64,000 bases of DNA from Kiritimatiellia bacterium (GTDB lineage: Bacteria > Verrucomicrobiota > Kiritimatiellia > WLWN01): the NCBI GenBank assembly GCA_012103575.1, contig WLWN01000001.1:1676538-1740537 (forward strand), in the 5' to 3' direction. The first letter of the stretch is position 1, and the number at the start of each line of letters is the position of its first letter. Below the pieces are notes generated by a model. That model worked only from the letters and a program-made list of their open reading frames with translations, ran no database searches and was not told where the DNA came from. Shown in pieces: positions 1 through 10,010 of the stretch. Both the position numbers and the translations under genes were made by a program.

Positions 1-104
1 TTTACTTCGGACCTTCACGCTTTGGCCGACTGGCTCGAACAGTGTCGGGTCAAAACCGTAGCCATGAAAGCGACCGGTGTTTACTGGATTGCTCTTTTCC
101 AGAT
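1..104 (+). pseudogene. Internal fragment of an IS110-family transposase (…DWLEQCRVKTVAMKATGVYWIALF…), cut by the IS30-family insertion that follows
   Basis: The translated frame resembles the N-terminal region of the intact IS110 transposase at 39909..41288 (LIAWLQEQGVKSVAMESTGIYWIPL). The homology stops exactly at the IS30 end near position 105. Confidence 0.4.
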
Positions 105-1150
105 CTGCAGACTCAACTTACAAGTGCAAAACCGAAGCTGTCCATCATTTCTTTGGGCGTTCTATATTCTAAGCATTTTCTCGGTCTATTATTCAGTAAC
201 TCCACAGCCCAGCTCAACTGAGCGGAGCTGTGGGCAGCAAAGTCGGTTTTCTTCGGGAAAAACTGGCGAAGCAAACCATTCGTATTTTCGTTGGTCCCTC
301 TTTGCCAAGGGTTTCTCCCTTCAGCAAAGAAAATGGGGGTTGCTATTTTTTTCTGTAGTTTAGCATGGCTGGCAAACTCCATGCCATTATCTACAGTCAC
401 CGTTTTACAGGGGAGCCCTGAATCAGCGAACTGAGGTACGGAACGGTTGACCGATTCGGCATTGCATCGAGGTAAAAGATCGGCGATGAGATATCGAGTC
501 GCTCGATCTACTAGAGTGACTACACAGGCCTCTTTTCTCGTTTGGCCCTGAATAGTGTCACCTTCCCAATGGCCTGCCACCTTGCGACTTTCACCCTCTT
601 CGGGGCGTTGGTCAATCATCGTTTGGTTGTGTATACGTGAATGGCTTTTCCGAGTCGCTCGTTTTTTCTTTCCGGGGCCACGCAGGTATTTTCGGTAGCC
701 AGCCCCTCTTGGACTGTACAAGTAGCGGTAGATCGTCATTCGACTGATGGGAGGGTCACCTTCTAGCTTTCTTCGACCTTCAATCTGTTCTGGAGACCAA
801 TACTTCGCCAGGAGAGTCTCCACTTGTTCTTTGCTAGCTCCCATCACTTTTTGAGGCTTTCGAGCTAGCTGTAATCGGCTTTGAGCCAGGCCATTTGCGG
901 GTCTTGGGTAATAGCGGCCACGGACTCGATTACGGCGAAATTCGCGCCAAATAGTCGAGGGGGATCGGCCCAGGCGACGGCCAATTTGAGATAAGCTATA
1001 TTTTTCTTTTAGCATCTGGGCTATCACTTCTCGTTCATAACGGTTTAAATGTTCGTAGGTTCGTGGCATTCTATGTTCTCCTTTGGGGGGGGGTCAGATA
1101 CCCAAAGAATGAACTATGCTGCGGACCTTTGCACTTGTATTGTTACTCTA
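105..1150 (-). mobile_element. IS30-family insertion sequence, type A, copy 1 (~1.05 kb)
   Basis: Near-identical to 15138..16180. Imperfect terminal repeats around the core TACAAGTGCAAA. Copy boundaries were defined by where the two copies diverge. Confidence 0.8.
113..1069 (-). CDS. IS30-family DDE transposase (318 aa, intact)
   Basis: N-terminal HTH (SLSQIGRRLGRSPSTIWREF). HWEGDTI and DNGMEF motifs with a downstream conserved Glu, typical of IS30 transposases. Confidence 0.85.
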   Translation of the reverse strand: MPRTYEHLNRYEREVIAQMLKEKYSLSQIGRRLGRSPSTIWREFRRNRVRGRYYPRPANGLAQSRLQLARKPQKVMGASKEQVETLLAKYWSPEQIEGRRKLEGDPPISRMTIYRYLYSPRGAGYRKYLRGPGKKKRATRKSHSRIHNQTMIDQRPEEGESRKVAGHWEGDTIQGQTRKEACVVTLVDRATRYLIADLLPRCNAESVNRSVPQFADSGLPCKTVTVDNGMEFASHAKLQKKIATPIFFAEGRNPWQRGTNENTNGLLRQFFPKKTDFAAHSSAQLSWAVELLNNRPRKCLEYRTPKEMMDSFGFALVS

Positions 1151-2447
1151 CCCCTTTTCTGCACCTAATGCAAGTGCAGGTGTCAGGATCGAAGGGCGTG
1201 ATTCAACCATTGGGGGGTCTAACGCCCTTGACAGAAATATCATATCAAGAAACCTCTATGGCATTCATCTTACGAATGTAAGTGCTACTGGTAATACGAT
1301 TATTGGAAATTATATCGGTACAGATTCTTCTGGGACGATCGTTATGGGGAATACGAGCAAAGGGATATTTCTCGAAAATGGGGCCCATGGGAATACAGTG
1401 GGTGCTGATACTTTGGCTGCGGGAAATGTGATTGGAGGAAGTTTTGTAGGCGTCGAAATTTTGGCAGGCAGTGGTAATAATAAAGTGTTGGGTAATCAGA
1501 TCGGCTCAACTTTAGGGGGTCGAACTATTCCTAACATAACAGGCGTTTTTATAAGTGGATCGTCAAGTAATGTTGTAGGAGGATTAACCCGCGAGGAAGG
1601 TAATTTGATCGTTCAGAATACTTTTCTTGGAGTAAATATTACAACGGGAGATGACAATGGAATAGTAGGGAATGTGATCTATGACAATCCATCGGGTTCT
1701 ATCTCTTTATCATCTGGAGGCAATGAATCACAGGTTGCCCCAGTCATCACGAATGCTATAAACGATGGAACGAATACAATTGTGACTGGGACATTTGATG
1801 CAAGCTTACAGACGACCTATCGCTTGGAGTTTTTTGCCAACAGTTCTTGTTCCGGCGGCGGAGAGGCGGAGAGATTTCTTGGAGCTGAAATTCATTCTGG
1901 TGGCTTTTTCTCAAGGGTAACAAATTTCAGCGCAGTATTACCGCTTGTTCCTGCCGGTGACTGGGTCTCAGCAATAGCCACTAAAACAAGTTCAGGATTT
2001 TTCATTCAAGTAAGCCATAATGACACTTCGGAAATCTCTCTCTGTGTTCCTATAGCATTATTAGACGATGCCGATATGGACGGGGTTCCTGATCAGTGGG
2101 AGGTCGCTCATGGTTCCGATACGAACATCAATGATTCAGGGGATGATCTGGATGGGGATTCGTTCACTACATATGAAGAATATGTATGGGATACCGTTGC
2201 AAATAATTCGAATAGTTTCCCACAGATCACTTCGGTTTCCAATACTTCCGACGATGTTATGGTCTCTTTTCCTTCTTCTTCAAACCGTTTCTTCAAACTA
2301 CAAGCCAACGAGAATTTAACGGATACAAACGGCTGGCAATCCTTAAGCATTAACGCCGTGCAGGAGATTGGCGGTACGCAGACGATTGATGATCCAGATG
2401 CTGATTCCTTTGGTCAACGGTCTTACCGGATAACAGGAGGGTTTTAG
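1116..2447 (+). pseudogene. Right-handed parallel beta-helix repeat protein, 5'-truncated; the first ~12 codons including the ATG lie inside the IS30 end
   Basis: Repeated N-x-I-x-GN / IGG..S..VG beta-helix motifs. C-terminal Ca-binding-like DxDxDG(V/I)PDQWE segment. Paralogous to 2658..4930. Confidence 0.5.
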
Positions 2448-2453
2448 GAGACG

Positions 2454-2653
2454 AAGAGTCAAAGGTCTGAAGGTCGAAGGTTGGGAAAAGAGTGTGTTAG
2501 AAACCGGTTTTTTGGTTAGGATATGGAATGCGGTAGCTGGCTACCGCTTTTCTTCCACGCAGAAAGTTGCGTGGTCGTGTCTTCGACTTTTCCGCCGCGA
2601 CGGATCAGCCTATGGCTAAAGACTTTTGACTTTTAGACCTTAGACTCTTTTAA
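2454..2653 (+). terminator. Long imperfect inverted repeat (~27 bp arms, G-U rich) enclosing two small hairpins, 3' of the beta-helix gene
   Basis: GAGTCAAAGGTCTGAAGGTCGAAGG pairs with …GACTTTTGACTTTTAGACCTTAGACTC. Inner hairpins GCGGTAGCTGGCTACCGC and CCACGCAGAAAGTTGCGTGG. A second copy lies at 4943..5068. Confidence 0.35.
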
Positions 2654-2657
2654 AAAA

Positions 2658-4930
2658 ATGAAACGAATACGAATAATCTTTAGTTTTGTTTGGATGATGG
2701 GAATGAGTACTTGGGTTGCGCAAGGGATAACCGGAACCGTTGCGAATACGAGTGACAGTGGTGTGGGGTCATTCCGAGATGCCATTCAGCAGATCAATGC
2801 GAGTAGTGATGCCTCTAATGTGACCAACTTCGACATTCCAGGGGCTACACCCCATGTCATTTTTCAAACCAGTATTGATGGATGGCCAGCGATTACAAAT
2901 CAAGTGCTTATTGATGGATATAGTGAACCGGATTATGCCAGATCTCCGGTGGTTGTGCTGCAATACCTTCCTGGTGCTGGCGAAGAAGGGTTGAAGATAC
3001 AAGGAAACGGCAGTATTGTGCAAGGGTTACAGATTGCTGACTTTGAAGATTCTTTTGTTTGTTGCGGGATTTCCCTTAATGCTGATAACTGTGTCGTAGA
3101 GGGATGTCATATTTTCAGCAACGGAACAGGTATCTCTGTTCTTGGCAATGTCAATGTTATAGGTGGCACGAACGGAAATATCGTTTCTGGAAATCCAAAT
3201 ACGGGTATAGAGCTAATTTCTAGTTCAAATGATGTTTTGGGGAACTATATTGGAACAGATATAACAGGGACTACTAGTGGGGGCAGCCAAGCCGCAGGTA
3301 TAGGATTATCTAGTCTATCATCGCATAACACCATTGGAGGAACGTCTGAGTGGATGCGCAATATTATTTCGGGGAATAGTATAGGTATTAGAGCATAGCA
3401 GGTTCTAACCATCTTGTCTGCGGTAATTACATCGGAACCGATAAAGATGGATTAACGGCGGTCCCGAACACCCAGGGAATAGGTATCTTTTCTCCTAGTC
3501 ATGTCATCGGACCAGAAGATGTGATCGGCGGAAATGTAGAAGAGGGAATTTTAATAAGTAACACGGGGCCTAATAATAAAATTATTGGCAATCAAATTGG
3601 AATTCACACAGTGACGGGGACTACCTTTTCGATTTCTAATCTAGGTAACGGAATCCAAATGGAAAGTAGTGGGAATGTTGTGGGCGGGTCTAACACCGTA
3701 GACCGAAATTTTATCGGTGGGAACATAGGCTTTGGAGTCTATATGCTGGAAAGCAACGCCTTCAATAATGCCGTGATCGGCAATTATATTGGAACGGGTA
3801 TATCTGAAGCGAAAGGCTTTGGACATAGCTTCGGAATACGGATTGTGTCCTCTGCAAATAATAATCAGATAGGGGGACCCAATGTTGCTGAAGGGAATCT
3901 AATCGTAGGCAGTACATCTGTAGGGGTGGCCATTACGAGCTCCAGTTCGAACAGGGTTACGGGAAATCGCATTGGGCGGTCATTGGCAGGAAACACGATT
4001 CCAAATCAAGTAGGTGTATTTATCGAAGGTTCGAGTAGCAACAATACGGTCGGCGGGACTAATTAGTGGAGAAGGGAATCTGATAGCCGGAAATGATACA
4101 GAGGGGGTCTTCATCCAAGGAAGTTCTTCTATTGACAATGGAGTGTTGGGAAATTTGATATATGACAATGATGGTGCTGGAATGGGCTCTGACTCAATCA
4201 GCTTGGCAAGCGGTGCGAATGAGTCACAAACGAATCCTGTTATTACGAGCGTCATTAATAACGGGTTTAATACGCTTGCAAGTGAGACATTGGATGCGAG
4301 CTCGCTGACGACCTATCGCTTGGAATTCTTTGCCAACAGTTCTCCTTGTTTGATTGGTACGGGAGAGGGCGAGAGGTTTCTTGGGACCGAAAATTTAGAT
4401 AGTTTTTTTGGTAACAGTTTTTCTGTAACTTTACCACATGTTCCTGAAGGCGGTTTTGTTTCCGCAACAGCAACCAAAATAAGTTCAGGCATTTTCTTTC
4501 CGGAGAGTCATAATGACACTTCAGAAATGTCACCTTGTGTGCCCGTAGTCTTATTTAGTGATGGCGATAACGACGGCATTCCAGATCAGTGGTAGAATGC
4601 TAGTGGCGCTAATTCAAGTCTCGATGATTCAGGGATTGATACAGATGGCGATTCATTTACTACCTATGAAGAATATGTATGGGATACAGATGCAGGTGAT
4701 GTGAATAGTTTTCCACAGATTACATCGGTTTCTAACGGACCTGGAAACGTCATGGTTTCTTTCCCTTCCTCTTCAACCCGTTTCTTCCAATTAGAAGCCA
4801 ATACAAGTCTAACCAATGCAAACGGGGTGGCATCCATTGACCATTCAAGCTGTGCAGGGAATTGACGGTACGCAGACGCTTTCTGACCCCGATACGGGTT
4901 CATTCGATCAACGGTTTCATCGGGTTCAGG
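2658..4930 (+). pseudogene. Beta-helix repeat protein paralog (~750 codons) broken by at least four frameshifts/stops
   Basis: ORFs 2658..3398, 3521..4066 and 4014..4595, plus ~4597..4930 (end not verified from the track), together form one collinear homolog of 1116..2447. Signal peptide at start. Same C-terminal …SFPQITSVSN…RFF…L(Q/E)AN… tail. Confidence 0.6.
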
Positions 4931-4942
4931 GAGGGTTCTAGA

Positions 4943-5068
4943 AGACCAAGACTCAAAGGTCTGAAGGTCGAAAGTCGAAGGAGAGGAAGGAGATGTTAAG
5001 AATGTGTCGGCACCATCTTTTCTTCGATTTTTGACTCTTGACTTTTGGCTTTTGACCTTAGACTCTTG
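4943..5068 (+). terminator. Second copy of the long G-U-rich inverted repeat, 3' of the beta-helix pseudogene and 5' of aroB
   Basis: GACTCAAAGGTCTGAAGGTCGAAAGTCGAAGG pairs with …GACTCTTGACTTTTGGCTTTTGACCTTAGACTCTTGGTC. Confidence 0.35.
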
Positions 5069-5071
5069 GTC

Positions 5072-6151
5072 ATGCCTCAACAAATAACAGTCGATTTAGG
5101 TGAACGTTCTTATCGCATTCATATTGCTTCCGGACTGTTGAACCAACTGGGTAACTTGTGCATTGAGCAGTCATTCGGTCAACGGTGTATGATTGTATCT
5201 GACTCCAATGTAGATACGCATTATGGTGATTCGTGTGAATATTATTTAAAGAAGGCTGGTTTCTTGCCATGTCGAGTCGTTGTTCCCGCGGGTGAAAAGT
5301 CTAAAAGTTTACAGGAATTATCGACTATTTATGATATCGCGATAGACCATCAACTAGACCGTTCCTCCTTCATTGTTGCATTAGGAGGCGGTGTGGTTGG
5401 TGATTTAGCGGGTTATGCAGCAGCGAGTTTTCTTCGAGGTATACCCTGTGTTCAAATGCCTACCAGTTTATTAGCGATGGTGGATAGTGCGGTAGGAGGT
5501 AAAACCGGGGTGAACCTTCCGCAAGGGAAGAATCTGATTGGTGCGTTTCATCAACCGACATTTGTTTTGGCGGATCTTAATACCCTCAAAACGTTGCCCA
5601 AAAGGGAATATATGTCGGGAATGGCTGAAATCATTAAATATGGTGTGATTCGAGATCTGAGTTTGTTTCAGACTTTAGAAAATCAGACCGCCGAGCTACT
5701 TCAAGTTGTCCCTGAAGTTTTGGAACCGATTATTGCCCGGTCCTGTCAAATCAAAGCTGAAGTTGTTCAGCTCGATGAACGTGAAGGGGGGCTCCGATCG
5801 ATCTTGAATTTTGGGCATACGGTTGGACATGCCATTGAACAAGCTTCAGGCTATAAACGATATCTTCATGGAGAAGCCATTGCTTTGGGTATGGTTTTTG
5901 CGGCAAAGCTGTCTGTCCACCAAAAAGAATTTCCGTCAATCGCATGCGATCACCTTGTTGCATTGCTCGAATCGTTCAATTTACCTATCAAAGTGTCTGA
6001 TTTGGCGTGGGCTGACTTACGGAAAGCGATTGGCGCGGACAAAAAAACAGTCAATGCGACCCCTTACTTTGTTCTGGCCGAAGAGATGGGTAAGGTCGCT
6101 TATGGCTGCGAGGTGGCTGAAGACGTTCTTGAGCAAGCTTGGTCATCATAA
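5072..6151 (+). CDS. aroB: 3-dehydroquinate synthase
   Basis: GGGVVGDLAGYAA, GKTGVNLPQGKNLIGAFHQP and HTVGHAIE motifs. ATG at 5072 preferred over the TTG at 5045. Confidence 0.9.
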   Translation: MPQQITVDLGERSYRIHIASGLLNQLGNLCIEQSFGQRCMIVSDSNVDTHYGDSCEYYLKKAGFLPCRVVVPAGEKSKSLQELSTIYDIAIDHQLDRSSFIVALGGGVVGDLAGYAAASFLRGIPCVQMPTSLLAMVDSAVGGKTGVNLPQGKNLIGAFHQPTFVLADLNTLKTLPKREYMSGMAEIIKYGVIRDLSLFQTLENQTAELLQVVPEVLEPIIARSCQIKAEVVQLDEREGGLRSILNFGHTVGHAIEQASGYKRYLHGEAIALGMVFAAKLSVHQKEFPSIACDHLVALLESFNLPIKVSDLAWADLRKAIGADKKTVNATPYFVLAEEMGKVAYGCEVAEDVLEQAWSS

Positions 6152-6173
6152 AGAACAAAGAATTTGAAAAAAA

Positions 6174-7308
6174 ATGACTAAACAGGAAGCATATATTGCG
6201 TTAAACATGATCGAAGGACTCGACCCTGTACGTGTGAGATCTTTGATCGAGACGTTGGGCGCTGCTGAAGCAATCTTTGATGCAACACCCGATGAATTGA
6301 TGAAAGCGCATGGCGTAGGTATTGAGCTTTCTCGTACGATTACAGAAAGACGAGCTGAAATTGATCCACTTGATGAGATTAAAAAAGCGAAAAAGTGGGG
6401 TGCCCGGATCATAACATTATTTGATGATGAATATCCTGAGCTCTTAAAAACAATATATGATCCACCCCTTGCTCTTTATGTTAAGGGAACCCTTGAAAAG
6501 GAAGATCGCCGTTCTATCGCGATTGTGGGCTCGCGAAGAAGTACGCATTATGGGCAACAAGGTCGCTGATCGCATTGCCTATCAGCTTGCTCAGACGGGG
6601 TTTACAGTGGTGAGCGGATTAGCTCGAGGTATTGATACGGCAGGACATCGAGGCACTTTAAAAGGGAAAGGACGGACATTCGCTGTGTTGGGTAGCGCAT
6701 TGGACTGTTTGTATCCGGCTGAAAATGCTGAGTTAGCAGATCAAATTGCTAAGCACGGTGCTGTCATCTCTGAATATCCGTTGGGAAGAGAGCCCGATCG
6801 AACGACTTTCCCATATCGGAACCGTATCGTAAGTGGATTGTCGATGGGTGTCCTTGTCGTAGAAGCGCCATTTAAAAGTGGAGCGTTGATCACAGCCGAC
6901 ATGGCTTTAGAGCAAGGACGAAGTGTTTTCGCTGTCCCCGGACGCATTGACACGCCTTCATCACGCGGAACTCATCGATTAATTAAAAATGGAGCTCGAC
7001 TTGTTGATGATATAGAAGACATTATCCACGAGTTTGAGTTTTTGATCACCGAAGAGGCCCAAGCGTCCTGTTCAGAGTCTCTCTCTATTAAGTTTACAGA
7101 AGATGAGGAGGCGATTATTGAGGTCCTCTGTGAGGGTGAATGTGATGTGGATACATTAGCGCAACGCACTCAGCTGAATGTATCTAAAATCAGTTCATTG
7201 TTAATTGGGCTTGAAATGAAACGAATTATCCGGATGCTACCGGGTCGGATAGTAGCTTTAGCGATGGATATAAAGTTAGAAAGATTATCAGATGGAGCGA
7301 GTCATTAG
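6174..7308 (+). pseudogene. dprA: DNA processing protein DprA/Smf, split by a single-nt frameshift near 6547-6553 (genuine or a sequencing error)
   Basis: ORFs 6174..6569 and 6457..7308 together give the …IAIVGSRRSTHYG|NKVADRIAYQLAQTGFTVVSGLARGIDTAGHRGTL… Rossmann core. Deleting one C after GGG restores the frame. Confidence 0.6.
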
Positions 7309-7430
7309 TTATCCCGATGCGCTAACGCGGTCGGGATGTCATTAGGTCATTGGCCTCGCTTTGCGAGGCGCCATTTACCGTACAAAAGATCAATGACAAA
7401 AAATGACATACTCCGAAGGAGAATATAGGT

Positions 7431-10004
7431 ATGGGAAAAAATCTTGTTATTGTAGAATCGCCGGCCAAGGCAAAGACTATTAATAAAATCTTGGGAAAGG
7501 ATTTTATTGTAAAAGCGTCTATGGGCCATGTTCGTGATTTGCCTCAAAAGAAGCTCGGGGTAGATATTGAGAACGATTTTACACCGGAATATGTCACCCT
7601 TAAAGGCCGTCAGAAAATCGTTCAAGAACTGACCCAAGCCGCGAAAGGTGTGGATGGAGTCTATCTCGCTCCTGATCCTGACCGAGAAGGAGAAGCGATT
7701 GCTTGGCATCTTGTAGAGGCTTTAAAGAAAAAACTTTCACCCGATCAATTCTTTCGGGTTACGTATAATGAAATTACCGCACCGGCCATTCGACATGCTT
7801 TTTCAAATCCTTCTGAAATTGACAATAAAAAAGTCGATGCACAACAAGCTAGACGAGTCTTGGACCGAATCGTAGGCTATAAGGTCAGCCCGCTTTTATG
7901 GCGACGTATCAAGGGAGGGTCAAGCGCCGGGCGGGTTCAATCTGTGGCTTTACGGTTGGTGTGCGAGCGAGAGCAAGAGATCGAGAGCTTTGTGCCTAAA
8001 GAATACTGGTTACTAGGCGCGAACACCTGCAAACAAGTAGACCATCGGGATCCTTTTGAAATTCGGTTAGTAAAGATTGATGGGGAAAACCCTGAGATCG
8101 GTAGCGCTGAACAGGCTGAACACATAGAAAAAGACCTCGAAGGACGCACCCTTAAAGTCTCCGAGATTAAGTTACGTGAAATTTCCAAAAAAGCACGAGC
8201 CCCTTATATTACCAGTACCTTGCAACAGGCGGCTTCAACCCTGTTAGGATATAATCCTTCTCGGACCATGAGCATTGCTCAACGGCTCTATGAAGGATTG
8301 GATGGGGTGGGTTTAATAACGTATATGCGAACGGACTCGGTTTCGATTGCAAAAGAAGCGCAAGGGGCCTGTTTAAAGTTTGTGGAAGAAACATTTGGCA
8401 ACGAGTATGTTCCCGGGAAACCCAATTTTTTCAAAAGTAAGTCCAGCGCCCAAGAAGCTCACGAAGCGATTCGACCTACGGATGTAGGGCGCACGCCTGA
8501 AGCATTAAAGTCGGTGTTACAACCTGAGGAACTTAAGTTATACAAAATTATTTGGGAACGTTTTGTGGCAAGTCAAATGGCACCGGCCCGCATTGCTCAA
8601 CGATCCGTAGATATTGATGCCATTTCCACAGAAGAAAAGAAGGACAAAACCTCTTACCTGTTCAGGGTTTCAACATCAGATATTTTGTTTCCCGGGTATA
8701 TGAAAGTTGCAGGGGTTGAAAAAAGTAAAAGTAAAAAATCCGAAGATGGAAACATCGATGAAGAGGGGCATCAAACCGACAAAATCCCTCCTCTTACGGA
8801 AGGAGAGACGCTCGATTGCCTTGAATGGCTAAAAGAGCAAAAATTCACTCAACCGCCGCCACGATATACGGAGGCCTCATTGGTTCGGACCCTCGAAGAA
8901 AACAGGGTAGGACGACCCAGTACGTATGCCCAGACCATCGCGACATTGAACCAAAGAGAATATGTCGAGCGAGAAAAAAGAGCGTTAAAACCCACTGAAT
9001 CGGGCAAACAGGTTAACGAGTTTTTAGTAAAAAATCTTGATGCATTATTTAATGTTGGTTTTACCGCAGGGATGGAAGAAGCCCTGGACGGGATTGAAAA
9101 GGGGACGATCAATTGGACTCAGATGTTGAAAGACTTTTATGCTGATTTTTCGGGATGGGTAGATAAAGCGAAAGGCCTTCCAGCGGATCCTGAGACCGTC
9201 CAAAAAATCTTGACGATATCGGAAGAGATTAAAGAATGGTCGCCTCCTACAAAACGAGGGAAACGGACCTATAGCGATGAAACGTTTGCTCAGTCGATCG
9301 AAAAACGATTGAAAGAAGAAAAAGAAATTTCTATGCGTCAGCTGGATGCGTTGAAGAAAATGATATGTCAGTACAAAGGCCAATTGCCCGAACTAGAACA
9401 ACGGGCTGAAGAATTAGGTATCACCGAAGAGTTAAGAGAAGCCAGTATTCCAAAAGACCCCCCCCGCGACGAAACCGTAAGAAAGTTAGATCTACTCAAG
9501 GATATCCATTTTGCGGAACCGAAAAAAGTCGGCAAAAGGACCTATGACGACAAAGCTTTTTCTGAGTCTTTAAGACAACAAGTAGAATCAGGGAAACGTT
9601 TATCGGTGAATCAGATTCGATACCTCGATCAATTATTTATGAAATATGCGGGTCAGATTGAAAACTTTGAGACGGTATCCAAAGAGCTTTGCTTGAATAC
9701 TGAGCCAGCGGAAGAAGATAAAAAAAATGGACCCGTTCTTGATCTTTTTAATTATGTGGAAAAATGGTTTCCTCCTCTTCAGCGAGGGAAACGAACATGG
9801 GATGATAAAGAATTCTTCGAATCACTTAAGCAACAGTTTAAGGCTAAAAAAACATTAAGCCCTCGACAGTTATCGGCCTTGAGAAAAATGGCAAAACGGT
9901 ATGCGGATCAAATCCCTAATTTTGATGAAATTCGGGAACAGTACGGATTGCCTGAACGAGGCAAGCCAAAAGAGAAAAAACCTGAAGAGACGAAAGCTGA
10001 ATAA
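7431..10004 (+). CDS. topA: DNA topoisomerase I with three Zn-less C-terminal repeats
   Basis: TOPRIM N-terminus MGKNLVIVESPAKAKTI. Active-site region GLITYMRTDS. Three ~62-aa repeats (KRGKRTYxDxxFxxSL…QIPNF…) and no Cys4 ribbons. Confidence 0.95.
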   Translation: MGKNLVIVESPAKAKTINKILGKDFIVKASMGHVRDLPQKKLGVDIENDFTPEYVTLKGRQKIVQELTQAAKGVDGVYLAPDPDREGEAIAWHLVEALKKKLSPDQFFRVTYNEITAPAIRHAFSNPSEIDNKKVDAQQARRVLDRIVGYKVSPLLWRRIKGGSSAGRVQSVALRLVCEREQEIESFVPKEYWLLGANTCKQVDHRDPFEIRLVKIDGENPEIGSAEQAEHIEKDLEGRTLKVSEIKLREISKKARAPYITSTLQQAASTLLGYNPSRTMSIAQRLYEGLDGVGLITYMRTDSVSIAKEAQGACLKFVEETFGNEYVPGKPNFFKSKSSAQEAHEAIRPTDVGRTPEALKSVLQPEELKLYKIIWERFVASQMAPARIAQRSVDIDAISTEEKKDKTSYLFRVSTSDILFPGYMKVAGVEKSKSKKSEDGNIDEEGHQTDKIPPLTEGETLDCLEWLKEQKFTQPPPRYTEASLVRTLEENRVGRPSTYAQTIATLNQREYVEREKRALKPTESGKQVNEFLVKNLDALFNVGFTAGMEEALDGIEKGTINWTQMLKDFYADFSGWVDKAKGLPADPETVQKILTISEEIKEWSPPTKRGKRTYSDETFAQSIEKRLKEEKEISMRQLDALKKMICQYKGQLPELEQRAEELGITEELREASIPKDPPRDETVRKLDLLKDIHFAEPKKVGKRTYDDKAFSESLRQQVESGKRLSVNQIRYLDQLFMKYAGQIENFETVSKELCLNTEPAEEDKKNGPVLDLFNYVEKWFPPLQRGKRTWDDKEFFESLKQQFKAKKTLSPRQLSALRKMAKRYADQIPNFDEIREQYGLPERGKPKEKKPEETKAE

Positions 10005-10010
10005 GTTACA

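Noticed and set aside
22-363. ORF 22..363 (113 aa) and the similar 15080..15394 / 15108..15389 ORFs
   Set aside because: The first third is an IS110 transposase fragment and the rest is antisense/leader sequence of the IS30-A element, so they are chimeric read-throughs, not genes.
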